Shown piece after piece: positions 25,208 through 36,063 of a stretch of DNA of 64,000 nt (position 1 is the first letter of the stretch; each line of letters opens with the position of its first letter). The DNA is from Blastocatellia bacterium (lineage in GTDB: Bacteria > Acidobacteriota > Blastocatellia > UBA7656): contig CAVXWP010000008.1 of NCBI GenBank assembly GCA_963765495.1, positions 544,001 to 608,000 on the forward strand. The letters run 5' to 3'. Position numbers and translations under genes: made by a program. The notes beneath the pieces are model-generated. The model was not told the DNA's origin. It was given only the letters and a program-made list of their open reading frames with translations, and ran no database searches.

Positions 25208-26591
25208 GTGGAGCCTTTCAAAAGTATTCCACCTTGCTAAACCGTCAGCGGTCGCCCCTTGTAAGTCCACTTGAACGGTTTCGCCAGTGTCTGATTGAAG
25301 TAGTCGATGAACTCCAGAATTCTCTGGCGCAGTTCGTCGGTTGATTTGAACGAGGCGCGTTTGAGTAGACGACGTACCAGAATGCTGAACCACATCTCAA
25401 TCTGATTGAGCCACGAGCAATGCTTCGGCGTGTAAACAAACCGAATGCGGTGTTGGCTGCGACTCAGAAACTCGGCGCGACTGCTCATTGACTTCAGGAT
25501 TCCGGATTTGCCTTTCTCGCCCAGATCATCTGGGTAACCGATCTGGGCGGCGACCCAGGCGACCAGTGATTCCGATTGATGGGTGTTGAGTTGATCAGAG
25601 ATAAATATCCATTGATCATTGGGAGCCGTGGCAACGGTCTGGGCGATATGGGCGACGAAGTCGGCTTCCGTCCGCGTCGCACCCAGACTGGGCGCAAGTG
25701 GTTTTCCGGTCGCCACCTCGAAGTTGGCGATCAAGCATTGTGTGCCATGCCGAATGTATTCGTACTCCTGGCGCTCGATCTGGCCAGCCTGATCGGCCAA
25801 GCCGGGCTGCATCAGCTTTGTCGGTGCGGCGCGTTCCAGCGCCTGAATGCCAGTCTTTTCGTCCGTGCTCATCAGATGAATGCCTTGTTCGTGCAGTCGC
25901 GGCGCTTGCTCGTAAAGATCGCACACGGTTTTGACTTGTTCGCCGAACGCTTCCGAGTCACGCTCTGGGGCGTTAAGCCAGTATTCACTCCGATGCGGTT
26001 TTAAATCGGTCTGATTTTAAAAAACGCCCGACACTCGACGCCGAGATGCTTGCAACGATCTGGCGTTTGACGACTTCATCGGCTAACTCCGACGGCGTCC
26101 AATGACTGATCGGGCGGGCACTTTTAGCTGTCGCTTCACAGGCGACGGCGACGATCTGCACGATCTGTTCGGCGGTGAAGGTCGGCGGCGTTCCACGACG
26201 CGGCAGATCGCTTAGGCTGGCGACGATCAGTTCGCGCATCTGCTTGTCGCTTTGGTTGGCGACTTCGGCCTGCTGTAGTTTGGGCAGCAGAGCAAGCCAG
26301 CGATTGCGCCACTTACGTACCACGGCGCGATCCATTTGGTGCTGACGGGCGAGTTCGTTATTACCGACGCCAGTGGCCATCGCCAACATCATCAAGGCAC
26401 GAACGACCAGCCGGTATTCTGTGCTGCGTTGCCTGGCGATTTCTTCAACTATCTTTCGCGATCTCTCTGAGAGATCAATCTTCGGGGAAGTTTGGTTTGG
26501 CATCTGTCGCTCCCAGCCCTTGATGTAGATTGCTTCAGATGCTGATTCTACCATTCAAAGAACAAGGTGGAGAATTTCAGAAAGGCTCCAC
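25208..26591 (-). mobile_element. IS630-family insertion sequence, copy 1
   Basis: Terminal inverted repeats GTGGAGCCTTTC..CCACCTTG / CAAGGTGG..GAAAGGCTCCAC, TA flanks, HTH orfA (25985-26554) and DDE orfB (DEKTGIQ, DQLNTH, WLNQIEMWFS). Confidence 0.95.
25237..26554 (-). CDS. IS630 transposase, split in two ORFs (probable programmed frameshift)
   Basis: orfA/orfB overlap region contains TTTTTTAAAA on the minus strand near 26015-26024; same in both copies. Confidence 0.85.
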
Positions 26592-26593
26592 TA

Positions 26594-26894
26594 GTGGTCT
26601 GACCCTGCCATTCGATTTCGGGATGTACACTCGGCGCACAGGTTGAGGTTTAAACGTCTCTGAGTGCAACTGTTGTCTGAGTCGTTGAAGATTTTCTTCA
26701 AGCTTCTCATCGAAGTGGCGCATGTTTATGCCGTCACAGCCTGCGGTGATACTGCCCACATTTTGCTTAACATAATCGTGAGCCAGTTGCAGCCAGTCCT
26801 TGTCATAGAGAAGGTGGTATAAGTCAAAGAAGCGGTGCTCTTTGTCTTGCTCCGCCCATAAGCTAAGTTTCCTTTGCATTTCACCGACATTCAT
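26594..26894 (-). pseudogene. ltrA: Group II intron reverse transcriptase/maturase, N-terminal fragment
   Basis: RFFDLYHLLY, TAGCDG, FKPQPVRRVYIPKSNGRVRPL (RT0-RT1 region). Confidence 0.92.
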
Positions 26895-27545
26895 AGAGAT
26901 TCCTCAGTGTTGACATTCGGTTAATCTTGCGCCGGAATCCCGACAAACTGCGGCCCTTCGCCCTGTGGCTGGCTTTCCCAATCTCTGACTACTATGACCG
27001 CTCCGACTCTCGCCACCGGCATTGGTGGACTGCTCACCTTCACATCCGGTGGTGAGGCTCCCACGTTCACCAGATTGGACTCGGCAAAACTTAGGCGGGG
27101 ATTATCAACACAACCCATCCCGCGCTCTGCGGTATCCCGACCAGATGCAGGGTAAGTCAGGTGACCTGCATCAACCATTGGGCTGGCCTATATGCGTGAC
27201 CAGTTTGGGTAACCCCTCTGAGCCATGACTACATTGGGATTTGGCCGCTGCCCCGTAAATCCATTGGCCCTTGATGTGATCTCCATCCAACGGCTATGTA
27301 AGATATTACGTAACAGGGAAGGCATTTTCCGTAGGTTGAAACTCCCTTGGTTTGAACTCGCCGTATTGCCTCTGAGTCAAGCCTGTCATCTTGGCGGCTT
27401 GCATCGCGCCGCAACAGTACCTTTTAGGAGCAGCTATCTCACCGCTGCTTTGCATCGGGCAGAGGCTTCGCTCCAAAGACTCACCGCCTACCTGTATAGA
27501 CGGTGGGATTTTCCATCCATTCCAATCTGGCGCTTCGTGGCGCAC
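26594..27545 (-). mobile_element. Group II intron, 3'-truncated
   Basis: 5' GTGCG at 27545, ~650-nt RNA leader, then an RT ORF cut by IS630. Confidence 0.85.
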
Positions 27546-28065
27546 CATGGCTTTTCCTTTCTAAAAATTCTGTTTTATGAAGGCAGGCTGGAGGGGTCAT
27601 ACTTGCCTAATTGGATGAGTACCATCGAGGCATGACATTGCAGGTCATTCAACTGGAAGCAACCCACAATCCTACATATACAGGTCAGCTTCATTCTGTT
27701 ATGCAAATCTATGACGCGGATCACAGTTGAGCGTGATATAGGGCACTAAGAAGGTAACCTTATTTTGATAGCTGCAATTTAACAACTACCCGAAGTCTTT
27801 TGCTACAGAAGATGGTTGAGCAATCACGCCGCCGAGCCACCTCTATTGATTATCAATTGCATCCAGCGGGGCGCGCGAAGCTCGATCATAGATTCTTATG
27901 CTGTCATTGTTTAGGGGCGGCAATAAAGATGCTTTCCTGATTTGTTCCTGCGGCTATTGAATCGAAGGTTGAAAAGTGGTAATTATTGCGCCGTCGCCTC
28001 CAATGTCAGACAATCTTGGCGAGGGTTTGATTTGTTCCCCTCCGATCAACTAGAGGCGCTAACTT

Positions 28066-28373
28066 ATGCAACAAGTAGATCAAATTACAGTTATCAACAA
28101 AGGCGCTTTGTCATGAAGTTCAGAGTTGAGTGGAGCAACGGCGGTGTTTCCGGCTGGACTGATGAGTACCCGGTTGACAAATCAGCTTCGCTAAACCTGA
28201 ATAACTTCGCAATCCCCGACGGAGATGAGGTCAAAGTAGAAGTTAAAGCGGAAGCAGGAGAACATAAGCATACACACGAGTCGGTAACATTCAAGCGGGA
28301 TAGCGGCAGTAACGCTACCTACGTTGCTAAAGGGACTACCTTTGATATTCATGTTGATCTAAAAGAAGACTAA
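28066..28373 (+). pseudogene. Small beta-sandwich protein with a 1-nt frameshift (cytolysin domain-4-like)
   Basis: RBS and ATG at 28066 give MQQVDQITVINKGA; restoring one T near 28108 continues FVMKFRVEWSNGGVSGWTDEYPV... Confidence 0.55.
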
Positions 28374-28623
28374 AGTACATCGTTTACAGGCGCTTGCTGC
28401 AATTGTCAATGTTTCCCGCTGGGCTCCTGCGCTGATACTACCTGATCGCGTCGAGCACTTATTACGGACTGCGCTCGCCTCGAGATGCGGGGCAAGGAAC
28501 TCCCGAGGCCCGCGCTGGGCTCGTCGGGCGGCAGGGCGGCTATCGAAGAAGCTCAAATAACGGGTTGAGAGATGGTGCTAATATCCACGATTAAACGCAT
28601 GGCTACCTTCTGAGGAACGAGAT

Positions 28624-30708
28624 ATGACTGCTGAATTGGAAGATCTGCGAAAGACTGCTGAGAAATTATCTGTTTTGTTGAGGGTGATGAGAATTTTCTC
28701 ACAAGAACTCGATCGCGATTACTTGCTCCCGTTGATACTAAAAGAGATTACTCTGGCGATGGATGCCGATAGAAGCACTCTCTTCTTGCTAGATGAAGAA
28801 TCAGGGGAACTCTGGTCCAAAGTGGCTCAAGGAACAGGTGTTACAGAGATTCGCTTCTCGAAGAATCTGGGTATCGCTGGTTACGTAGCTACTATGGGCG
28901 AGACGGTTAATATCCCAGATGCTTACCAAGACCCGCGCTTCAACCCGGATGTAGACCGCAAGACTGGTTACCGCACCAAGACTCTACTATGTACTCCAAT
29001 TAGGGACGAGCGAGGAAAGATCATAGGTGTCGTCCAGGTCATTAACAAAAGCGGCGGACTCTTCACAGAGAATGATGAAGATTTGCTTCAGGCACTAGGC
29101 GCTCAGGCAGCCATCGCTTTGGAGAACGCTAGGCTGACTGCTCAACTTACAGACAGGATCGAGCGCACCGAATCTCTTTTAGATTTAATGCACTCTTTTA
29201 CATCCGAGCTTGAGCGTGACAGATTGCTGCCGGTCATTATGGAGAAAACCACCAAAGCCATGAAGGCGGACAGGAGCACGCTGTTCCTTATCGACCGGAA
29301 GACTGACGAACTCTTTTCCCGCGTGGCACAGGGTGAAAGCACCAACGAGATTCGCTTCCCCCTCAATCGCGGTATCGCGGGCTATGTAGCTACTACCGGT
29401 GAGACACTCAATATTAAGGATGCCTATAGCGATCCACGGTTCAACCCCGATGTAGATCGCAAGAGTGGCTATCATACCTCAACAATCCTTTGCATGCCGA
29501 TTAAGAACTCAGAGGGAGAAATTCTAGGAGCGGTACAGGTGCTGAACAAAAAAGGAGGATTCTTCACTACTGGAGACGAAGAATTTCTTGGCGCACTGGC
29601 CTCTCAGGCGGCAATCGCACTCGACAACTCGAACCTCTTTGAAGAGGTGGTCAACATCAAGAATTACAACGAACGCATCCTGAGAGACATGGCTACGGGC
29701 GTTCTAACCCTAGACGAATGCGGTCGTCTCAGCATGGTGAACCCGGCAGCCGAAAGAATGTTTTCTATCGAAAGGAAATCTGCCTTGGGCCTTCGTTACG
29801 ACCAGGCTTTGTACGAAGCGGGAAACCGCGATTTTATCAATGCCATAGCGGAAGTGCAGGCTAAAGGGGAAAAGTACTCCGGCTATGACGTGAAATACCT
29901 GTTGCCTGACGATCAAGGCAGTGTCAACTTCAATATCAATATCGTTCCTCTCAAAAATCGCAAAGGACAATCCATGGGCCAAGTCTTAGTCTTAGAAGAC
30001 ATCACTCAAGAACAGCGCATGATGTCCACACTCTCGCGGTACGTTGGCAGGGGGGTAGCCGAACAACTCGTCAAGAACAAAGACAGTCTCAGGCTGGGCG
30101 GCGTAAGGACTAAGGTGACGATCCTGTTTTCCGATATCCGAGGATTTACGACTCTCACCGAAGGCTTTGCCGCCGAAGAAATCGTAGAACTTCTAAACAA
30201 CTATTTCTCCCGGATGGTGCGCGTCATTTTTGATCAAGGAGGAACGCTCGACAAGTTCATCGGAGACGCGGTCATGGCGGTCTTTGGCGCGCCGGTCCGG
30301 CACGAAGACGGCCCAATTCGAGCGGTCAAGGCAGCGCTGGATATGAGGAAGGAACTGGCTGTTTTCAATGCGAGCCGACGTGCAAAAGGTTTGATCGAAA
30401 TCGAGAACGGTATCGGCATCGGTTATGGCGATACCATATCAGGCAATATAGGTTCGGAGCAACGAATGGATTATACTGTCATCGGAGATTCCGTAAATCT
30501 ATCATCGCGGCTGGAGTCTCTAAGTAAGGACTACCCGCAGAAGATTGTTATAAGCGAATCGGTATATGAAGATATCAAAGACCAAGTTGAATGTGTCCCC
30601 TTAGCAGTAGTCAAAGTTAAAGGCAAAACTCAAGAGACGAGGATTTATGGCATAAACGACGAGGCTGTTGTGGGATCTTCTCCGGATTTGCCCCCGAAGG
30701 CTGGATAA
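28624..30708 (+). CDS. Class III adenylate/guanylate cyclase with GAF-GAF-PAS sensor (CyaB-like)
   Basis: Two GAF repeats (GIAGYVAT.GE..NI.DAY.DPRFN..VD), PAS domain, ILFSDIRGFT, DKFIGDAVMA, YTVIGDSVNLSSRLE. Confidence 0.93.
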   Translation: MTAELEDLRKTAEKLSVLLRVMRIFSQELDRDYLLPLILKEITLAMDADRSTLFLLDEESGELWSKVAQGTGVTEIRFSKNLGIAGYVATMGETVNIPDAYQDPRFNPDVDRKTGYRTKTLLCTPIRDERGKIIGVVQVINKSGGLFTENDEDLLQALGAQAAIALENARLTAQLTDRIERTESLLDLMHSFTSELERDRLLPVIMEKTTKAMKADRSTLFLIDRKTDELFSRVAQGESTNEIRFPLNRGIAGYVATTGETLNIKDAYSDPRFNPDVDRKSGYHTSTILCMPIKNSEGEILGAVQVLNKKGGFFTTGDEEFLGALASQAAIALDNSNLFEEVVNIKNYNERILRDMATGVLTLDECGRLSMVNPAAERMFSIERKSALGLRYDQALYEAGNRDFINAIAEVQAKGEKYSGYDVKYLLPDDQGSVNFNINIVPLKNRKGQSMGQVLVLEDITQEQRMMSTLSRYVGRGVAEQLVKNKDSLRLGGVRTKVTILFSDIRGFTTLTEGFAAEEIVELLNNYFSRMVRVIFDQGGTLDKFIGDAVMAVFGAPVRHEDGPIRAVKAALDMRKELAVFNASRRAKGLIEIENGIGIGYGDTISGNIGSEQRMDYTVIGDSVNLSSRLESLSKDYPQKIVISESVYEDIKDQVECVPLAVVKVKGKTQETRIYGINDEAVVGSSPDLPPKAG

Positions 30709-30810
30709 AGGCTTTTTTAACCAACTCTCTACTCTTCAGGGGAAGGTTCCGCTTGTGACTAAAGTGTAAGAAGTCACTCCTTTATTGCCGTAAAGGAACT
30801 GACTGTGCGA

Positions 30811-30849
30811 ACAGAAGCCTGGTAACATAAGGGTTACCGGGCTTTCTGT
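30811..30849. terminator. Hairpin between convergent genes
   Basis: acagaagcctggtaac-ataagg-gttaccgggctttctgt. Confidence 0.55.
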
Positions 30850-30920
30850 ATGTCAATGGATGGATTCTCTTCCAAGCAGGTCGAACAATTGCTGCTTAGC
30901 TCATCTCTGCATAAGCGTCA

Positions 30921-31181
30921 TCAAACGTCATACAATAATCTCAGCAGCACATCCACAGGGCAGGGGTTCAGCAGAGAGCAAAAGCAAGCCAGGTTATAGC
31001 CTCGTAGCGGCTCAAGCCATCGCGGATCTATGGCGAGCTGCTGGTCAACATCGGCCTCGTGAAGCGTCAGGCAATTCTCAGCAGTCACACCGTTTTTACC
31101 TATGCGATGACGGTTGCCCCATTTACAGCGGTTTGCAAACGAGTGAGTAGAGTTTTTCATTTTTTCAATGTTCATCAGCAA
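30921..31181 (-). CDS. DUF4326-like protein, possibly degenerate
   Basis: KWGN and LRGYNLACFC..C.VDVLL motifs. Confidence 0.6.
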   Translation of the reverse strand: MLMNIEKMKNSTHSFANRCKWGNRHRIGKNGVTAENCLTLHEADVDQQLAIDPRWLEPLRGYNLACFCSLLNPCPVDVLLRLLYDV

Positions 31182-31497
31182 CCCTCAGACGACTTTGTCT
31201 ATTCGTTCGATTGCAAACCGCTGTAGTTGGGGCGATGCGAGCGCCCCAACTAAATCTATGCTGCGCGCTGGCCAAGTTCTTGACGCTCGTAATCAGAGCA
31301 ATTCGATACTCGCGGTGCATTCGTTCGATCTCGTCTGTAAGCCTCGACTGCGTAATCGGTTCAGATTCCCTCTTGATCGTCTGTTGCCATTATCTTGATA
31401 TAGGGGGTTCAAATGCATCCGAGCGATCTGCGGCTTGCCCAATTGCCGCACTGATAGAGAGACTAACCACTTTCCGTTTAAGCCCTGTTTCGCCCTA

Positions 31498-32881
31498 GTG
31501 GAGCCTTTCAAAAGTATTCCACCTTGCTAAACCGTCAGCGGTCGCCCCTTGTAAGTCCACTTGAACGGTTTCGCCAGTGTCTGATTGAAGTAGTCGATGA
31601 ACTCCAGAATTCTCTGGCGCAGTTCGTCGGTTGATTTGAACGAGGCGCGTTTGAGTAGACGACGTACCAGAATGCTGAACCACATCTCAATCTGATTGAG
31701 CCACGAGCAATGCTTCGGCGTGTAAACAAACCGAATGCGGTGTTGGCTGCGACTCAGAAACTCGGCGCGACTGCTCATTGACTTCAGGATTCCGGATTTG
31801 CCTTTCTCGCCCAGATCATCTGGGTAACCGATCTGGGCGGCGACCCAGGCGACCAGTGATTCCGATTGATGGGTGTTGAGTTGATCAGAGATAAATATCC
31901 ATTGATCATTGGGAGCCGTGGCAACGGTCTGGGCGATATGGGCGACGAAGTCGGCTTCCGTCCGCGTCGCACCCAGACTGGGCGCAAGTGGTTTTCCGGT
32001 CGCCACCTCGAAGTTGGCGATCAAGCATTGTGTGCCATGCCGAATGTATTCGTACTCCTGGCGCTCGATCTGGCCAGCCTGATCGGCCAAGCCGGGCTGC
32101 ATCAGCTTTGTCGGTGCGGCGCGTTCCAGCGCCTGAATGCCAGTCTTTTCGTCCGTGCTCATCAGATGAATGCCTTGTTCGTGCAGTCGCGGCGCTTGCT
32201 CGTAAAGATCGCACACGGTTTTGACTTGTTCGCCGAACGCTTCCGAGTCACGCTCTGGGGCGTTAAGCCAGTATTCACTCCGATGCGGTTTTAAATCGGT
32301 CTGATTTTAAAAAACGCCCGACACTCGACGCCGAGATGCTTGCAACGATCTGGCGTTTGACGACTTCATCGGCTAACTCCGACGGCGTCCAATGACTGAT
32401 CGGGCGGGCACTTTTAGCTGTCGCTTCACAGGCGACGGCGACGATCTGCACGATCTGTTCGGCGGTGAAGGTCGGCGGCGTTCCACGACGCGGCAGATCG
32501 CTTAGGCTGGCGACGATCAGTTCGCGCATCTGCTTGTCGCTTTGGTTGGCGACTTCGGCCTGCTGTAGTTTGGGCAGCAGAGCAAGCCAGCGATTGCGCC
32601 ACTTACGTACCACGGCGCGATCCATTTGGTGCTGACGGGCGAGTTCGTTATTACCGACGCCAGTGGCCATCGCCAACATCATCAAGGCACGAACGACCAG
32701 CCGGTATTCTGTGCTGCGTTGCCTGGCGATTTCTTCAACTATCTTTCGCGATCTCTCTGAGAGATCAATCTTCGGGGAAGTTTGGTTTGGCATCTGTCGC
32801 TCCCAGCCCTTGATGTAGATTGCTTCAGATGCTGATTCTACCATTCAAAGAACAAGGTGGAGAATTTCAGAAAGGCTCCAC
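31498..32881 (-). mobile_element. IS630-family insertion sequence, copy 2
   Basis: Same inverted repeats and identical translated ORFs as copy 1, offset 6290 bp, same orientation. Confidence 0.95.
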
Positions 32882-33540
32882 TAGTTTCATTTCAGATGCT
32901 GCTGGAGATGAACCCAATCTCTTCTCTGATAATGGGCTGGGCGGTGATGCTGGTCGCGATGATGTCGCCGACGTTGATTACACCGTTTAACCACATCTTC
33001 AACTGCAGCTTCAAGCGTCGCCGTGCTCGGTCCGTGACTCTATTCGTATTCGGTTATGCTGCGATTTGGATGGCGGCGGGCGGCGTGCTGATTGCAGCAA
33101 CGCTTATGCTGAAACTGCTTGCGCCGCAATCATATCTGCCGGCGGTCGGAGTGGGGATTATTGCCATCGTGTGGCAGTGTTCGCCCATAAAACAGCGTTG
33201 TCTTAATCGCAGCCATAATCATAGTGCACTGGCAGCGTTTGGCGGCGCCGCAGATCGGGACGCCCTACGTTTCGGGATTACGCACGGGGTTTGGTGCGTC
33301 GGATCCTGTTGGGCATTGATGCTACTCCCTATGCTACTGCTACAAGGGCATGTTGCTGCGATGGCTGTTGTAACCTGCTTGATGATCAGCGAACGTCTGG
33401 AACGACCATGACCGCTGAGTTGGCGTCTGCGGTTTCCCAGCAAGCTTATGCGGATTGTGATCGCCCAGACTCGGATACGATTGCAAAGTTTGCCGTCAGG
33501 TATTAGACCATCTCTGGCAGTGTTGCGAAAATTATTTTAG
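32881..33540 (+). pseudogene. DUF2182 membrane protein, 3' part
   Basis: WAVMLVAMM.P, WQCSPIKQRCL, GVWCVGSCWALM; premature TGA at 33409-33411 with reading continuing to TAG at 33540. Confidence 0.85.
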
Positions 33541-33596
33541 AGTGCAAAAGCTAACACTCTTCTCTTCCTTACGCGGCGATCTTAACGCGGTATTGG

Positions 33597-33679
33597 GCCT
33601 TACCGCTCATTCCAACGGACGCGCTCCAATGTTTCGTGTTCTATCAACTACAAGAGCACCGCTGAATGCGTAGGTAGGC
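33597..33679 (+). repeat. attC site, family A, degenerate
   Basis: GCCTTACCGCTCATTCCAACGGACGCGC...CCGCTGAATGCGTAGGTAGGC. Confidence 0.82.
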
Positions 33680-33879
33680 CCGAGCGATGCCCCCCAAAAC
33701 GCTGATGTTGAGAATTCAGAGCAAATTTGATTCTTTCAAGCAAATTGACCGAGATCAATGTATTATCTGGAATATCCTTCGTAGAATCATTCTTCTTAAG
33801 CTCAGATACTTAGGAGTTGCGCTCTTAGTGATCACCAGTTGTTTGAAAAACCTTTTCAATTCTAAGGAAGGAGAACACC

Positions 33880-34848
33880 ATGAACCGAATATCTTCCTGG
33901 GTAGTAGAAGTTCGCCTTGCATCAATTTTTCGAGGCTGCATCATTCTTGGTCTGGTCCTCAGTTCAGGCCTGGCCCGAGGTCAGTCATTGTCGTTCAACA
34001 ACCATGTTCATCTGACGAATGATTCGCCAGAACCTCAGAATGCCCCTATGCCGCATCTTTCTTCAGGGGCGCAAGAAGCGGCTAGAGAGATTGGAGTTGT
34101 TCAACTATTGGAACATCTCTATCGCCTGCCTGAGTCGCAACGTTGCGCAGGACCTTCAGCGACTCTGGAGGCGTTTATGTTGAGGCAAGAGATAACTGAA
34201 GCAGTGCTCGCTACATCGCTTGATGTAGACAGGGTCTCTGCTGAAATCGACGATGAAATAGCTCAGATCACCGCTATTCGCAATGACCTCAAATCACGCC
34301 GGGATCGCGCACTTAAAATCGACAATATTGCTGACATAATCACCAATGGTGGTATAGGTTTAATTGGTTCCTTTCTCGCGCTCAGGGAGAGCACAGCAAA
34401 GAGCGGCGACCTTGTTAGTGCCTTTGCTGGTGGGGCTTCGACCCTCCTCTCTATCATCGGTATTCGCAAGGAGCGCGGTGGGGAAACATCATTTGATGCC
34501 AGAACTAACATGCTTGCCAAACTCTTTGATCGCCCATTGAAGCGACACAGCGATTTTCCAGAAGGGGTCTGGAGTTATCTCAACACCCAGCCACCTTCTG
34601 AGCAAGGAAAGGGGGCGCGGATAGCAGAGTTGAAAACCGAATGGATCAAAGCCGATCTGATAGATAACACTCCCAAGGGTCAGAGAAAGATCGATCTGTT
34701 GACCGATAGTGGTAATCAGCCAGCCAAATTGTCGATAGATTTGCTAAAGGACCGTATAACAATGCTCGCAGACTTACGATCACAAATTTTCCTGATGAAG
34801 CACGATCTGAGCAAGCTTATACAGGGTATCAGGTGCCCTAGCGAGTGA
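33880..34848 (+). CDS. Hypothetical secreted coiled-coil/membrane-associated protein
   Basis: RBS, signal-like N-terminus, helical body with a Gly-rich hydrophobic hairpin. Confidence 0.7.
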   Translation: MNRISSWVVEVRLASIFRGCIILGLVLSSGLARGQSLSFNNHVHLTNDSPEPQNAPMPHLSSGAQEAAREIGVVQLLEHLYRLPESQRCAGPSATLEAFMLRQEITEAVLATSLDVDRVSAEIDDEIAQITAIRNDLKSRRDRALKIDNIADIITNGGIGLIGSFLALRESTAKSGDLVSAFAGGASTLLSIIGIRKERGGETSFDARTNMLAKLFDRPLKRHSDFPEGVWSYLNTQPPSEQGKGARIAELKTEWIKADLIDNTPKGQRKIDLLTDSGNQPAKLSIDLLKDRITMLADLRSQIFLMKHDLSKLIQGIRCPSE

Positions 34849-35067
34849 GGGACTCCTGCAAATGATTGTATGCTTTTTAGGTCTTTAAGTGCAGTGGCGA
34901 TTCGATATCTAGCATTGATTTTCTCTGGTTACCAGGCTTTGATAAAAAGGCCATCTGGTCAATCGCAAACAAGTACAGCGGTAGATTGAAATGTCTTTGG
35001 CATATTTTTCATATGTTAGTGGTAGCTTTTTGATATCTACCTAAAATTCAAAAGGAGTCACATTATC

Positions 35068-35577
35068 ATGATCTCTAAAATGCAGTTACTAAACCAGTTG
35101 CACAGCCTACGTCATACGGGCTTCGCCACCAAACTTGAACAACACGCAACAACACACGGTTTCCCGACATCATTCTTCTTTGCGATTGCAAGTCGTGAAA
35201 CAAACTGTCTCAATATACTGGGGGATCCTCAGCACGGCGAATTTCACGGTGTAGGAATAATTCAAATTGATACTCAACATCCGATCGCACGTCAGGCGCG
35301 CGACAGCGGCTCTTGGCGGACCAATCCGGATCCACTTATTGAGTTTGGCGCCCGGTTGCTAGAGGACAATATCAAGCGGACAGCGGTGAGATTCCCTAAT
35401 CTCAATCAGCAGCAGCAATTAAAGATTGCCTCAAGCGGGTACAATTGTGGTATCACAAGTGCAATTGATGGCGCACTTCATGGAGACAGTGATCTTCATA
35501 CGACAGGACATAACTATGGTCGAGATGTCATCACGAGAATGACTATCTTTGAAGAACTGATCGCTGAGGAGAATTAG
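35068..35577 (+). CDS. Goose-type lysozyme-like (GH23) muramidase
   Basis: AIASRET (catalytic Glu), GIIQID, GYNCG, DLHTTGHNYGRDV..R. Confidence 0.75.
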   Translation: MISKMQLLNQLHSLRHTGFATKLEQHATTHGFPTSFFFAIASRETNCLNILGDPQHGEFHGVGIIQIDTQHPIARQARDSGSWRTNPDPLIEFGARLLEDNIKRTAVRFPNLNQQQQLKIASSGYNCGITSAIDGALHGDSDLHTTGHNYGRDVITRMTIFEELIAEEN

Positions 35578-35807
35578 GAGTAGACTTTATCAAAGTCAGC
35601 CTCGGGCTTCATTCACTTGCTTTGGACGTCATTTCTCAAGTTACGCCTCTCGTTATTCAGCACAGAGACCGGGCTCCTGCGAAAGATCAACTCAAGAAAC
35701 TCCCCGGGAGGCCTCGACTCTGTTCGTATTGTTCCAGATGAATGCTTGGTGCGAGGGCTTGCTTGTAATATCGACCACACCATCACAACCACTTGCCAAA
35801 GACCGAA

Positions 35808-35892
35808 GGCTAACCGCTCATTCCAGCGGACGCGCATTCCACTTCCAACTTATCCCTTAGCTACCGGCGCGTCGCTGAATTCGGAGTTAGGC
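35808..35892 (+). repeat. attC site, family A, near intact (85 bp)
   Basis: GGCTAACCGCTCATTCCAGCGGACGCGC...GCGCGTCGCTGAATTCGGAGTTAGGC. Confidence 0.9.
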
Positions 35893-36063
35893 TACTCTGA
35901 GATGTGCTTCCGAATTTTAGACTTGTCATTTCATTCAATCTTATGAGCGTATTTGACATTTTGACAAACATAGCATAGAAAAGAACCTCACACGTAACTC
36001 ACTTTTTGACTTTGTAAAAATGAAGGTTTAAATTAGTCTGATATTTCTTCAGGAGAATCCATT

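Noticed and set aside
26594-26894. RT as a retron, DGR or attC-targeting class C intron
   Set aside because: It has group II RT0-1 motifs and a long leader, its 5' junction is an ATG rather than an attC, and no template/variable repeat pair is seen.
23866-27572. 14-bp inverted match CAGAATTTTTAGAA at 23866 and 27559
   Set aside because: Short, AT-rich and expected by chance in 64 kb.
31470-31497. Continuation of the RT beyond IS copy 2
   Set aside because: Joining gives RPLGRNRA*, not the expected RPLGIP.
32857-32880. Predicted start of the 184-aa ORF
   Set aside because: The GTG lies inside the IS630 inverted repeat; the true start is at 25064.
33409-33411. In-frame TGA as selenocysteine (selB is nearby)
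   Set aside because: The gene is already disrupted, the context is not a redox Cys position and no SECIS is evident; a nonsense mutation is simpler.
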